From contig JASJHQ010000076.1 of the NCBI GenBank assembly GCA_037625715.1, positions 469 to 64,468 on the forward strand: 64,000 bases of DNA. Reading direction: 5' to 3'. This DNA comes from Flavobacteriales bacterium. Lineage in GTDB: Bacteria > Bacteroidota > Bacteroidia > Flavobacteriales > UBA7312. How positions within the stretch are numbered: position 1 is the stretch's first letter; each line of letters begins with the position of its first letter. The position numbers were made by a program, and so were the translations under genes. Below the pieces are notes generated by a model that did not search any database, had not been told where the DNA came from, and saw only the letters and a program-made list of their open reading frames with translations. Below, one piece after another: positions 10,362-19,256 of this stretch.

Positions 10362-13220
10362 ATGAATTCATTTGCAGAAAGACATATTGGTCCTAGACCA
10401 AAAGACGTTAATTTAATGTTAGAAAAGATAGGTGTTGCTAGCTTGGAAGAGCTTGTTAGCCAAACTATTCCTCATAAAATACGTTTAGCTTCACCCATGA
10501 AGCTTGCAGAAGCTCTTAATGAGTCCGAACTTCTTGATCACATGAAGAGTTTAGGAAGGAAAAATAAAAATTATCGATCTTATATCGGGATGGGTTATTA
10601 CAATACTATTTTACCTGGTGTTATTCAAAGAAATATTTTAGAAAATCCGGGATGGTATACTGCATACACGCCATATCAGGCCGAAATTGCTCAAGGAAGA
10701 TTAGAAGCTCTTCTTAACTACCAGACAATGGTTACTGACCTTACTGGCATGGAAATTACAAATGCTTCTTTATTAGACGAAGGTACTGCTGCTGCTGAAG
10801 CAATGATCATGCTTTACAATACAAGATCAAGAGCTAAAAAGAAATCTGATGCAAATGTCTTTTTAGTTTCAAGCGATTGTTTTCCTCAAACGATTGACGT
10901 ACTTAAAACAAGATCTAACCCTATCGGAATAGAGCTTAAAATAATTGATGCTAACGACTTTGATTTACAAGAAAATGTGTTCGGAATGTTACTTCAATAC
11001 CCTAGTAAATTCGGACAAATAAATAATTACTCTTCCTTAGCAAAAGAAGCTAATGACAAAGAAATAGGCGTTGCTGTTGCTGCTGATTTACTAAGCCTAG
11101 CTTTATTAACCCCTCCTGGTGAGTGGGGAGCTGATGTTGTAGTAGGAACAACACAAAGATTCGGTATTCCTTTAGGATATGGAGGTCCACATGCTGCTTA
11201 TTTTTCTACTAAAGAAAAATACAAAAGAAATCTTCCGGGACGTATCATTGGTGTAACCGTAGATGTTAACGGTAAAAGAGCTTTAAGAATGGCTCTTCAG
11301 ACAAGGGAACAACACATCAAAAGAGAAAAAGCTACATCTAATATTTGTACTGCTCAAGTTTTGCTAGCAGTTATGGCAGGAATGTACGCTGTGTATCATG
11401 GTCCTGATAGACTTAAATATATCGCTTCCCAGATACACTTTAATACTAATGCATTAAGTGATGGACTAGAATCGTTAGGTTTTAAACAATTAAACACCAA
11501 CTTCTTTGACACTATCTTAATAAATGTAGGAGATGCTTCTATGGATACAATTAGAGTTTTTGCAGAAGATGCTAAAATGAACTTTAATTATATCGACGAC
11601 AAACACTTATCTATTTCTACTGACGAAAAAGACAATTTAAAAAATATCCAGGATATTATTTCTGTCTTTTCCAAAAGTGTAAATAAAGTAGAAAATATTG
11701 AGCTAGCTAAACCACAAAATCAAATAACAATTGACAGTTCTATATTAAGATCATCTACTTTTATGGATCATCCTGTTTTTAATGCTTATCACAGCGAAAC
11801 AGAAATGATGCGATACATCAAAAGGTTAGAAAATAAAGATTTAGCATTAAATCATTCTATGATTCCATTAGGGTCTTGTACAATGAAGTTAAACGCTGCA
11901 TCTCAGCTGTTTCCTTTAAGCTGGGTAGAATTTAGCAACATTCATCCTTTTGCTCCTGTAAATCAAGCTAGAGGGTATCAAATAATGTTTCACGAATTAG
12001 AGGAAGCTCTATGTGAAATTACCGGATTTGACGGCATGTCTTTACAACCTAACTCTGGCGCACAAGGAGAATATGCTGGACTAATGGTAATTAGAGCTTA
12101 CCATTTATCTAGAGGTGATAAGCATCGTAATATTTGTTTAATACCTGCTTCAGCTCACGGAACAAACCCAGCCTCGGCAATAATGGCAGGCATGAAAGTA
12201 GTAGTTACAAAATGTGATGAACAAGGAAACATTGATTTTGAAGACTTAAAAGAAAAAGCAGAATTACATAGTGAAAACCTTGCTGCCTTAATGATTACAT
12301 ACCCTTCTACACATGGTGTTTTTGAAGAGGCAGTTATGGATATAACAAAACTTATTCACGATCATGGTGGGCAAGTATATATGGATGGTGCTAACATGAA
12401 TGCTCAAGTCGGACTTACTAGTCCTGGTTTAATTGGCGCAGATGTTTGTCACCTTAACCTACACAAAACTTTTGCGATCCCACATGGTGGTGGTGGCCCT
12501 GGAATGGGTCCAATCGGAGTGGTAGAACATCTTAAGCCATTCTTACCATCTAACCCATTAATTAGTACTGGCGGAGATCAAGCAATTTCTTCTATATCAG
12601 CAGCTCCATGGGGATCTTCCTTAGTTCTATGTATTTCTTATGCATACATTAAAATGCTTGGCGAAAAAGGGTTAACTGATTCTACTAGACTAGCTATTCT
12701 AAACGCTAACTATATAAAAGAAGAGTTAACTAACGACTTCAATATATTGTATACTAATATAAAGGGAAGAGTTGCTCACGAAATGATTCTTGACTGCCGA
12801 CCGTTCAAAGAATTAGGAATTGAAGTTACTGATATAGCCAAGCGTTTAATGGATTATGGCTATCACGCTCCAACTGTATCTTTTCCTGTGGCAGGAACCA
12901 TGATGGTAGAGCCCACTGAAAGTGAAAGTATAGAAGAACTAGATAGATTTATTTCAGCAATGAAATCAATCCGCAAGGAGATTAATGATATTGCTGAAGG
13001 AAACTTAGACTACGATAATAACCCAGTTAAAAACTCTCCACATACGCTCGATATTATTTCTAGCGATGATTGGAACAAACCATATACTAGGAAACAAGCA
13101 GCTTTTCCACTAGACTACGTTAGCAGCAATAAATTCTGGCCTACAGTATCAAGAGTAGATGATGCTTATGGAGACAGAAACTTAGTTTGTTCTTGCGAGC
13201 CTATCGAGAATTACATGTAA
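10362..13220 (+). CDS. gcvP: Glycine dehydrogenase (decarboxylating), glycine cleavage P protein
   Basis: 952-aa single-chain P protein with the PLP-lysine region CHLNLHKTFAIPHGGGGPGMGPIGV. Confidence 0.97.
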   Translation: MNSFAERHIGPRPKDVNLMLEKIGVASLEELVSQTIPHKIRLASPMKLAEALNESELLDHMKSLGRKNKNYRSYIGMGYYNTILPGVIQRNILENPGWYTAYTPYQAEIAQGRLEALLNYQTMVTDLTGMEITNASLLDEGTAAAEAMIMLYNTRSRAKKKSDANVFLVSSDCFPQTIDVLKTRSNPIGIELKIIDANDFDLQENVFGMLLQYPSKFGQINNYSSLAKEANDKEIGVAVAADLLSLALLTPPGEWGADVVVGTTQRFGIPLGYGGPHAAYFSTKEKYKRNLPGRIIGVTVDVNGKRALRMALQTREQHIKREKATSNICTAQVLLAVMAGMYAVYHGPDRLKYIASQIHFNTNALSDGLESLGFKQLNTNFFDTILINVGDASMDTIRVFAEDAKMNFNYIDDKHLSISTDEKDNLKNIQDIISVFSKSVNKVENIELAKPQNQITIDSSILRSSTFMDHPVFNAYHSETEMMRYIKRLENKDLALNHSMIPLGSCTMKLNAASQLFPLSWVEFSNIHPFAPVNQARGYQIMFHELEEALCEITGFDGMSLQPNSGAQGEYAGLMVIRAYHLSRGDKHRNICLIPASAHGTNPASAIMAGMKVVVTKCDEQGNIDFEDLKEKAELHSENLAALMITYPSTHGVFEEAVMDITKLIHDHGGQVYMDGANMNAQVGLTSPGLIGADVCHLNLHKTFAIPHGGGGPGMGPIGVVEHLKPFLPSNPLISTGGDQAISSISAAPWGSSLVLCISYAYIKMLGEKGLTDSTRLAILNANYIKEELTNDFNILYTNIKGRVAHEMILDCRPFKELGIEVTDIAKRLMDYGYHAPTVSFPVAGTMMVEPTESESIEELDRFISAMKSIRKEINDIAEGNLDYDNNPVKNSPHTLDIISSDDWNKPYTRKQAAFPLDYVSSNKFWPTVSRVDDAYGDRNLVCSCEPIENYM

Positions 13221-13305
13221 TTGTGGTAATTATTGACTATATTTAGGATATAAATACTAAAATTTTTATATTCGTTCCCGATTAACTTAACCTTTAACAA
13301 TCAAT

Positions 13306-15225
13306 ATGATGAGAAATCTATATTCTTTATTGTGTGCAATCCTTATAACAGGGAGCCTTTTCGCTCAGGGAGTTGCAACTAACAACTTCAAACCTGCTCA
13401 AAAAAATATTAATGACGCTAAGTTAGCAAAGTCAAATGTTACTAATAACATTACACTTAGACAATTTGTTGACTGTGCTTCTGAAGGAGCTTTTTACTGT
13501 GAAGACTTCGAAACGGTAACTGCTCCGGCTATTCCAGATGGAATGACAACAATCTCTACAGAAGATAATTATTACGTTCCTGCTCCAGGTGCTGGTAGTG
13601 TTACTCCTGGTGCTGGTGTCTCAGTTTCTGGCTTCTATACCGGAAATGGTGACGATGCTAATGTTGGTGGATTTTATCCTACTGGTGAGCACACTCAATT
13701 TGCAATGACAAATGATGATGCATGTTTACCTGCTAACTCAGCTCCAAACACAGACAACAACTGTGACTTATCTCTAGAAAGGTTAATCCTTCCAACTTTA
13801 GACTTTACAGGTCAAGAAGGTATGTGGATTCTTTTCGAATATTACCATGATGGTAACTATGGAGGTGGAGACGCTAATGTAGAACTAAGCCTTGACGGTG
13901 GTACTACATGGATGGAAATTAATGACGAGCCATTAGCTAAAGCGGAAGCTTGGCAAACTGCTGCATTCGACTTAAGTTCTTACGAAGATTCTACAAGTGT
14001 TACAATTCGTATCACTTGGTCAGATGACACTAATTGGGCCTCAGGTTTTGCAGTTGATGATATCGTTGTAAACCCACTACCAGATTACGCAATGAATATG
14101 ATTGACAAACAACATGTTTTTCCAAGTCAATATTTCGGAGCAACTTCATATAATGACGTTCCTCTAACTCAAGCATCTGCGACAGCTTATAACTTTATGG
14201 GATACTTGAAAAACTTAGGTCTTAACGCATTAGATAGTGCAAGATTGTATGCAAGTATTACAAGTGAAGGATTCACTTCTGAATCATTTGGTATTAATAC
14301 AGTATCCCTTGCCCAAGACACATTTTACTGTAACGATGTATTTACTGCAACAGCATTAGGTACTTACACTGCAGATATCTATGGTGGAAGTGAAAACGAC
14401 ATTGCTACAGAATCAGAAAACGTTTCTTTCAATGTAACGGAATTTGATTACTCAAGAGACCTTGCAGGTACTGACAACGGCTATACTGGTGGTTCATTCA
14501 TTAACGACCAAGGTTCGGAGCAAAGAGGAAATGTATTTGATATATATGCTGATGCTGATTTACATGCTATTAAAGTAAGAATTCACCCAGCTACAAGTCC
14601 AAACTGTAGAGCTAAAGCAGTATTAAATTCTGTAGACATTACTACAGGTGATGTGTCGTTCTTAACGGAAACTTCTTTGAAAAACGTTGGAGCATACACT
14701 GATGACTGGACAAACTTTGTATTTGACAGCCCAATTCCATTAGCTGCAGGGGAAGTTGTTCTTGCAACAATTTTAGCGGAATTTGATGGTGTAGACACAT
14801 TGGTACTTGCTACTAATGGCCAGACTGCTCAAGGAGAAACTTTACTACAAGACATTGACGGGACTCAAACAGATGGTGCTCCAGGTGACTGGTACTACAC
14901 AACTGCTGCAGTAATGGTTAGATTAAACTTCGACCCTAATGCTGTAGGTATGGTTTCTGTAAACGAATTTGAAAAAGGAAACTATAGTATCTATCCTAAC
15001 CCAAACAATGGAACATTTAACCTTTCAATTAACAATATTGAGAGCAGTGATCTTATTGTAAACATTCAAAATGTGTTAGGACAATCTGTTTATTCTGAAG
15101 CATTAAACAATGTAAGTCAGTTAAACAAACAAATCAACTTATCGAATTTAGATAGCGGTATTTATACTGTAACTATATCGAACACTAACGGATTATCATC
15201 AAGCGAGAAAATAATTATTCAATAA
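13306..15225 (+). CDS. Secreted T9SS-sorted protein, paralog A1 (type-A N-module, shared central module, type-A T9SS C-terminal domain)
   Basis: Signal peptide MMRNLYSLLCAILITGSLFAQ. MAM / choice-of-anchor-like block FEYYHDGNYGGGDA..WSDDTNWASGFAVDDIVV. C-terminus YPNPNNGTFNLSI..GIYTVTI..KIIIQ. Confidence 0.85.
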   Translation: MMRNLYSLLCAILITGSLFAQGVATNNFKPAQKNINDAKLAKSNVTNNITLRQFVDCASEGAFYCEDFETVTAPAIPDGMTTISTEDNYYVPAPGAGSVTPGAGVSVSGFYTGNGDDANVGGFYPTGEHTQFAMTNDDACLPANSAPNTDNNCDLSLERLILPTLDFTGQEGMWILFEYYHDGNYGGGDANVELSLDGGTTWMEINDEPLAKAEAWQTAAFDLSSYEDSTSVTIRITWSDDTNWASGFAVDDIVVNPLPDYAMNMIDKQHVFPSQYFGATSYNDVPLTQASATAYNFMGYLKNLGLNALDSARLYASITSEGFTSESFGINTVSLAQDTFYCNDVFTATALGTYTADIYGGSENDIATESENVSFNVTEFDYSRDLAGTDNGYTGGSFINDQGSEQRGNVFDIYADADLHAIKVRIHPATSPNCRAKAVLNSVDITTGDVSFLTETSLKNVGAYTDDWTNFVFDSPIPLAAGEVVLATILAEFDGVDTLVLATNGQTAQGETLLQDIDGTQTDGAPGDWYYTTAAVMVRLNFDPNAVGMVSVNEFEKGNYSIYPNPNNGTFNLSINNIESSDLIVNIQNVLGQSVYSEALNNVSQLNKQINLSNLDSGIYTVTISNTNGLSSSEKIIIQ

Positions 15226-15248
15226 TTATTTCTTAACCTTAACAACCA

Positions 15249-15282
15249 AAAAAGCAGGCCTAACGGTCTGCTTTTTTTTTTT
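15249..15282 (+). terminator. Intrinsic terminator after paralog A1
   Basis: An 8-bp stem, agcaggcc (15253-15260) / ggtctgct (15265-15272) with one G-U pair, the loop taac, and an 11-T run preceded by an A-run. Confidence 0.8.
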
Positions 15283-15285
15283 GCT

Positions 15286-15293
15286 TACTTTTT
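15286..15293 (+). promoter_or_regulatory. -7-like box tacttttt (7/8) upstream of paralog B1
   Basis: It follows the A1 terminator directly and lies 37 nt upstream of ATG 15331. It is homologous in position to the exact box upstream of B2. Confidence 0.4.
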
Positions 15294-15330
15294 AGTACAT
15301 TTAATCCGTAATCTTAACAATACCTTAACA

Positions 15331-17181
15331 ATGAAACATATTCAATTATTAGCCATTTCTTTTGCTTTAACTATTCCAGCTTTTGCTCAAGTAATGCAAA
15401 CATTAAGCCCATCAATACAAGGGCCAATAGACAACAGAATACTTACAGAAAGATCTGCAATGGTCGATAGCGTACTTTGGCAAGAAGATTTTGCAAATGG
15501 ATTAGACGGAAACAACCCTTCTGACACATCTTGGACAATATCCGGATCAGATGGAGCTTTATGGCTTTATGACACAGATGGATCAAATGGCCAATTTGCA
15601 GGTGCAACGCCATATACTATGGAATCACAATCTGCTGGAAACGGATGGATGATATTTGACGCCGATTTATCTAACCCAGGAATTGCAGCTCAATTCGTAA
15701 CAAGAACAGGTCAGCTAGTAAGCCCTTATATCAACTTATCAAATGACACCAACGTAACCTTAAAATTCGAACATTCTTTCAGATGGTGCTGTGGTACAGA
15801 TCAAGAATTACACGTTGGCGTAAGTGTTGATGACGGAATTACATGGGAAAACTTCGTAGTGAACGAAAATAATGTTTTGAACGAATTAGCTACTACAGAA
15901 GAAAGGAGTATAGTAATTTCTGATGTTGCAGGAGGAAAAGATAGTGTTTTAATCCGATTCGATTGGGCCCAAACAACAAACTTTGCTTCTTCGCACTACT
16001 TCTGGATGATAGATGATGTGAAAATCATTGAAACACCAGAATACGCAAGTCTTTTAGTAGACAACTTCGTACGTTTTCCGAGCACATGGTTCGGAGGAAC
16101 AAGCTATAGCAATACCCCACTTGTTCAAGCCCAAGCAACAGCATATTTCTTTGGTGGAATAGTACAAAACTTAGGAATAAACGATTTAGATAGTGCTCGA
16201 ATAATAGCAGACATTGAATCTGAAGGCTTTAACTCTTTAAGCTATGGAGTAACTCTGGCATCTCAATTTAGAGATACATTATATTGTAACGAAGGTTTTA
16301 CTCCTTCAGCTATTGGTGAGATTAACGGACTAGTTTATGGCCTAGACGACAACAACATATCAACTGATACTGCTGCTTTAAATTTCATCGTATCAGAATA
16401 CGAATACGCAAGAGATAGATCAGACTTTAATACTTCATTCGGATCCTATACTATTAATGAAGATGGTTCTGAGCAAATAGGTAATGTATTTGATATATAT
16501 GCAGACGCCGATATACATTCTGTTAAAGTGTATATAGACGAGACTACTTCTTTGAACGCGCAAGCAAAAGTAGTAATGAATTCTAGAACAGATGGATCAG
16601 CTGTAATTAACTACGAAGACGAAACAAATACTATTAATGTAGGACAATATAGAGGACAATGGGTTGACTTTACATTTATCTCTCCGTATCCGGCACTTGC
16701 AGGGCAAATACTTCTACCAACAGTATATGCTGAATTTAGCAATGGGGCTGATCTAGTTGTAATTGGAAGGTCAGGAATGAGTGAAGCAGGAGAAACAATG
16801 CTTCAGGACATAGACGGACTACAACCTAATGGTAACCCAGGAGATTGGTATTACACCACTTCTACGCCTATGATAAGACTGAACTTTGACCCCAACGCTC
16901 AAGGACCTCTAAGCATTGACGAAAATGAAAACATTAAGTTTAATATTTATCCTAACCCTAACAACGGTATATTTTCTCTGCAAATTAATGAAGTAGAAAA
17001 CAGCGATTTTTTACTAAACGTTAATAATGTTTTAGGACAAGTTGTATATTCTGAAAACATAGAAAATACAAATAGTTTAAATAAAGAAATTAATTTATCT
17101 CATTTACAAAAAGGAATATATAATCTCTCTATATTTAATAGCAAAGGTTTAAAAACCACTAAGAAAGTTGTTATTAAATAA
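15331..17181 (+). CDS. Secreted T9SS-sorted protein, paralog B1 (type-B N-module)
   Basis: Signal peptide MKHIQLLAISFALTIPAFAQ. N-module WQEDFANGLDGNNPSDTSWTISGSDGALWLYDTDG..HYFWMIDDVKI. The central blocks are shared with A1. C-terminus YPNPNNGIFSLQI. Confidence 0.85.
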   Translation: MKHIQLLAISFALTIPAFAQVMQTLSPSIQGPIDNRILTERSAMVDSVLWQEDFANGLDGNNPSDTSWTISGSDGALWLYDTDGSNGQFAGATPYTMESQSAGNGWMIFDADLSNPGIAAQFVTRTGQLVSPYINLSNDTNVTLKFEHSFRWCCGTDQELHVGVSVDDGITWENFVVNENNVLNELATTEERSIVISDVAGGKDSVLIRFDWAQTTNFASSHYFWMIDDVKIIETPEYASLLVDNFVRFPSTWFGGTSYSNTPLVQAQATAYFFGGIVQNLGINDLDSARIIADIESEGFNSLSYGVTLASQFRDTLYCNEGFTPSAIGEINGLVYGLDDNNISTDTAALNFIVSEYEYARDRSDFNTSFGSYTINEDGSEQIGNVFDIYADADIHSVKVYIDETTSLNAQAKVVMNSRTDGSAVINYEDETNTINVGQYRGQWVDFTFISPYPALAGQILLPTVYAEFSNGADLVVIGRSGMSEAGETMLQDIDGLQPNGNPGDWYYTTSTPMIRLNFDPNAQGPLSIDENENIKFNIYPNPNNGIFSLQINEVENSDFLLNVNNVLGQVVYSENIENTNSLNKEINLSHLQKGIYNLSIFNSKGLKTTKKVVIK

Positions 17182-17197
17182 CACTTTAACACGTAAG

Positions 17198-17232
17198 AAA
17201 AAAAGCAAGCCATGTAGGCTTGCTTTTTTTTT
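17198..17232 (+). terminator. Intrinsic terminator after paralog B1
   Basis: Stem agcaagcc (17204-17211) / ggcttgct (17217-24), a 5-nt loop, a 9-T run and an A-run upstream. Confidence 0.8.
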
Positions 17233-17234
17233 GT

Positions 17235-17242
17235 TACTTTTG
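17235..17242 (+). promoter_or_regulatory. -7 box TAnnTTTG (tacttttg) upstream of paralog B2
   Basis: Exact match directly after the B1 terminator, 52 nt upstream of ATG 17295. Confidence 0.5.
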
Positions 17243-17294
17243 TATCTCCTTATCCTTAGTAAGCCAAATTTTTATTAATGTAATTTTAAAAAAA

Positions 17295-19157
17295 ATGAAA
17301 AACTTACACATTCTATTATTCTCTGCCATACTATTGGCGAACCCAACCTTTTCACAAATTAAACAGACTAAAAGTATAGTCTCTAGTCAATCAATTGAAG
17401 CAACGAATGCATTTAATGCACCTCAATTAAGATCTTCTCAAGCAGATGTTGATGCAATTTGGTGTGAAGATTTTGAAAACGGACTAGCAGGAAACAATAA
17501 TTCTGACACAGCTTGGACAACCTCTGGTTCGGATGGTGTTTTATGGCTTTATGATACAGATGGGCCTAGCGGACAATTCTCTACAAACATAGGAGCCCTA
17601 GAATCAACTACAGCTGATGACGGATGGATGATTTTTGATGCTGACCTATCAAACCCTGGAGAAGAGCAAGCCCAATTTGTAGGCAGAGTAGGCCAATTGA
17701 CTAGCCCATACATAGACCTTTCAGGTGAAGAAAACGTTAGCTTAAGCTTCTTTCATAGCTTTGAGTGGTGTTGTTTCAGCAATCACCAAATATTTGTAGG
17801 AGTTAGTATAGATCAAGGAATGACCTGGACAAACTTTCAATTAAATGAGAATGTTTCGGGAAATGTAGAAACAGGAACAATTAATACAACTATTAATATT
17901 ACTAATATAGCTGCTGGAGAAGACAGTGTACAAATTCGTTTTGATTGGGGAGGAGAAGAAATGACAGGATCACATTATTTCTGGATGATCGATGATGTTA
18001 CCATTTTTGAAACACCAGCAAATGCAAGTGAATTATCATTGGCTAGTGCTCTTTCACCAAGCGTAATAGGAGGTATAGAGTACAGCAACATGCCACTTAT
18101 TCAATCTCAAGCTGGCGGATATGTATTTGCCGGAAACATTACAAATCAAGGAGTAAATAGTCTGGAAAACGCAAGAATAGTTGGAGAAGTAACATCAGAG
18201 AACTTTAGTAGCGAAAGTGAAAGCACAACTATAGCTAGCGAAATGGATTCGACATTATTAACACAAAATGAATTTTTTCCAGAAAATACAGGAACCTACA
18301 CAGCTAGCATTTACGGAACTGATGATAGCACAACTACAGAAACAGCTCAAATAAGCTTTATGGTTTCTGATTTTGAATACGCAATAGATCGTTCAGAATT
18401 TGTCGCTCAAAACCAAATCGGCATAAGAAGAGTAAATGATATGGGTACAACAAAAATTGGTAATTTTTTCTCCATATTTAGCAATCAAAACATATACTCA
18501 ATTAGAGCATTTATTCACGAGGAAACGGATTCTGACGCATTAGCTATGGCAATATTGGATGCTTATGATGGAGCACCATCAGTGCCAGATTATAGAGCAG
18601 AGTCTGCATTAATTAATGTAGGACAATTTAGAGGAGAATGGGTAGAATTTATTTTTGAGGAACCTTATCAAGCCATTGAAGGGGAGCAACTATTAGCAAC
18701 TATTCGTGCTGACGGAAATGGTCCTTTAGTAACAATAGGTCAGTTTGGAGGAAGTAATAACGGATCATTCTTAATAGACGTGGATGGTACCAATCAAAAT
18801 GGACCTCTAAATGAAGTTTACAGTACATCTTTCGCTCCTATGGTTAGACTAAATTTTGACCCGAGTCTTGAAGTAGTAGATCCTACTAGTGTTAATGATG
18901 TGTTTTTATCAGAATTTTTAGTTTATCCTAACCCAAATAATGGAGAGTTTAATCTGGAGATTGAAACTAAAAACAGTACTGATATTGTTGTAAGTATTAG
19001 TAACACTTTAGGACAAGAAGTGTACAATAGAGAATTATCTAATGTAACTCAATTTAAAAGTTCTATAGATGTCTCTTACTTGCAAACCGGTATTTATATT
19101 TTACAACTTCATGACAATGAAGGCGTAATAGCAACCGAAAAATTAATCGTAGAATAA
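17295..19157 (+). CDS. Secreted T9SS-sorted protein, paralog B2 (type-B N-module)
   Basis: The start is moved to ATG 17295 (signal peptide MKNLHILLFSAILLANPTFSQ), because the track start at 17220 lies inside the upstream terminator hairpin. N-module WCEDFENGLAGNNNSDTAWTTSGSDGVLWLYDTDG. C-terminus YPNPNNGEFNLEI. Confidence 0.85.
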   Translation: MKNLHILLFSAILLANPTFSQIKQTKSIVSSQSIEATNAFNAPQLRSSQADVDAIWCEDFENGLAGNNNSDTAWTTSGSDGVLWLYDTDGPSGQFSTNIGALESTTADDGWMIFDADLSNPGEEQAQFVGRVGQLTSPYIDLSGEENVSLSFFHSFEWCCFSNHQIFVGVSIDQGMTWTNFQLNENVSGNVETGTINTTINITNIAAGEDSVQIRFDWGGEEMTGSHYFWMIDDVTIFETPANASELSLASALSPSVIGGIEYSNMPLIQSQAGGYVFAGNITNQGVNSLENARIVGEVTSENFSSESESTTIASEMDSTLLTQNEFFPENTGTYTASIYGTDDSTTTETAQISFMVSDFEYAIDRSEFVAQNQIGIRRVNDMGTTKIGNFFSIFSNQNIYSIRAFIHEETDSDALAMAILDAYDGAPSVPDYRAESALINVGQFRGEWVEFIFEEPYQAIEGEQLLATIRADGNGPLVTIGQFGGSNNGSFLIDVDGTNQNGPLNEVYSTSFAPMVRLNFDPSLEVVDPTSVNDVFLSEFLVYPNPNNGEFNLEIETKNSTDIVVSISNTLGQEVYNRELSNVTQFKSSIDVSYLQTGIYILQLHDNEGVIATEKLIVE

Positions 19158-19180
19158 ATTAAAAGCAAATAAGCTAAATG

Positions 19181-19221
19181 ATCAAGGATGCAACTACATA
19201 AAGGTTGCATTCTTGATTTTA
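19181..19221 (+). terminator. Intrinsic terminator-like hairpin after paralog B2
   Basis: A 14-bp stem, atcaaggatgcaac / gttgcattcttgat with one G-U pair, followed by only a short tttt tract. Confidence 0.6.
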
Positions 19222-19256
19222 AAATATCAAACAATTACTCACTTAAAACCATTACT

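Noticed and set aside
13238-13245. A -7-like box (tatattta, 7/8) upstream of paralog A1; no box was found upstream of A2.
   Set aside because: It is a single-mismatch hit 60 nt from the ATG in a very AT-rich spacer, which is not distinctive enough to list as a feature. The promoters for A1 and A2 remain unassigned.
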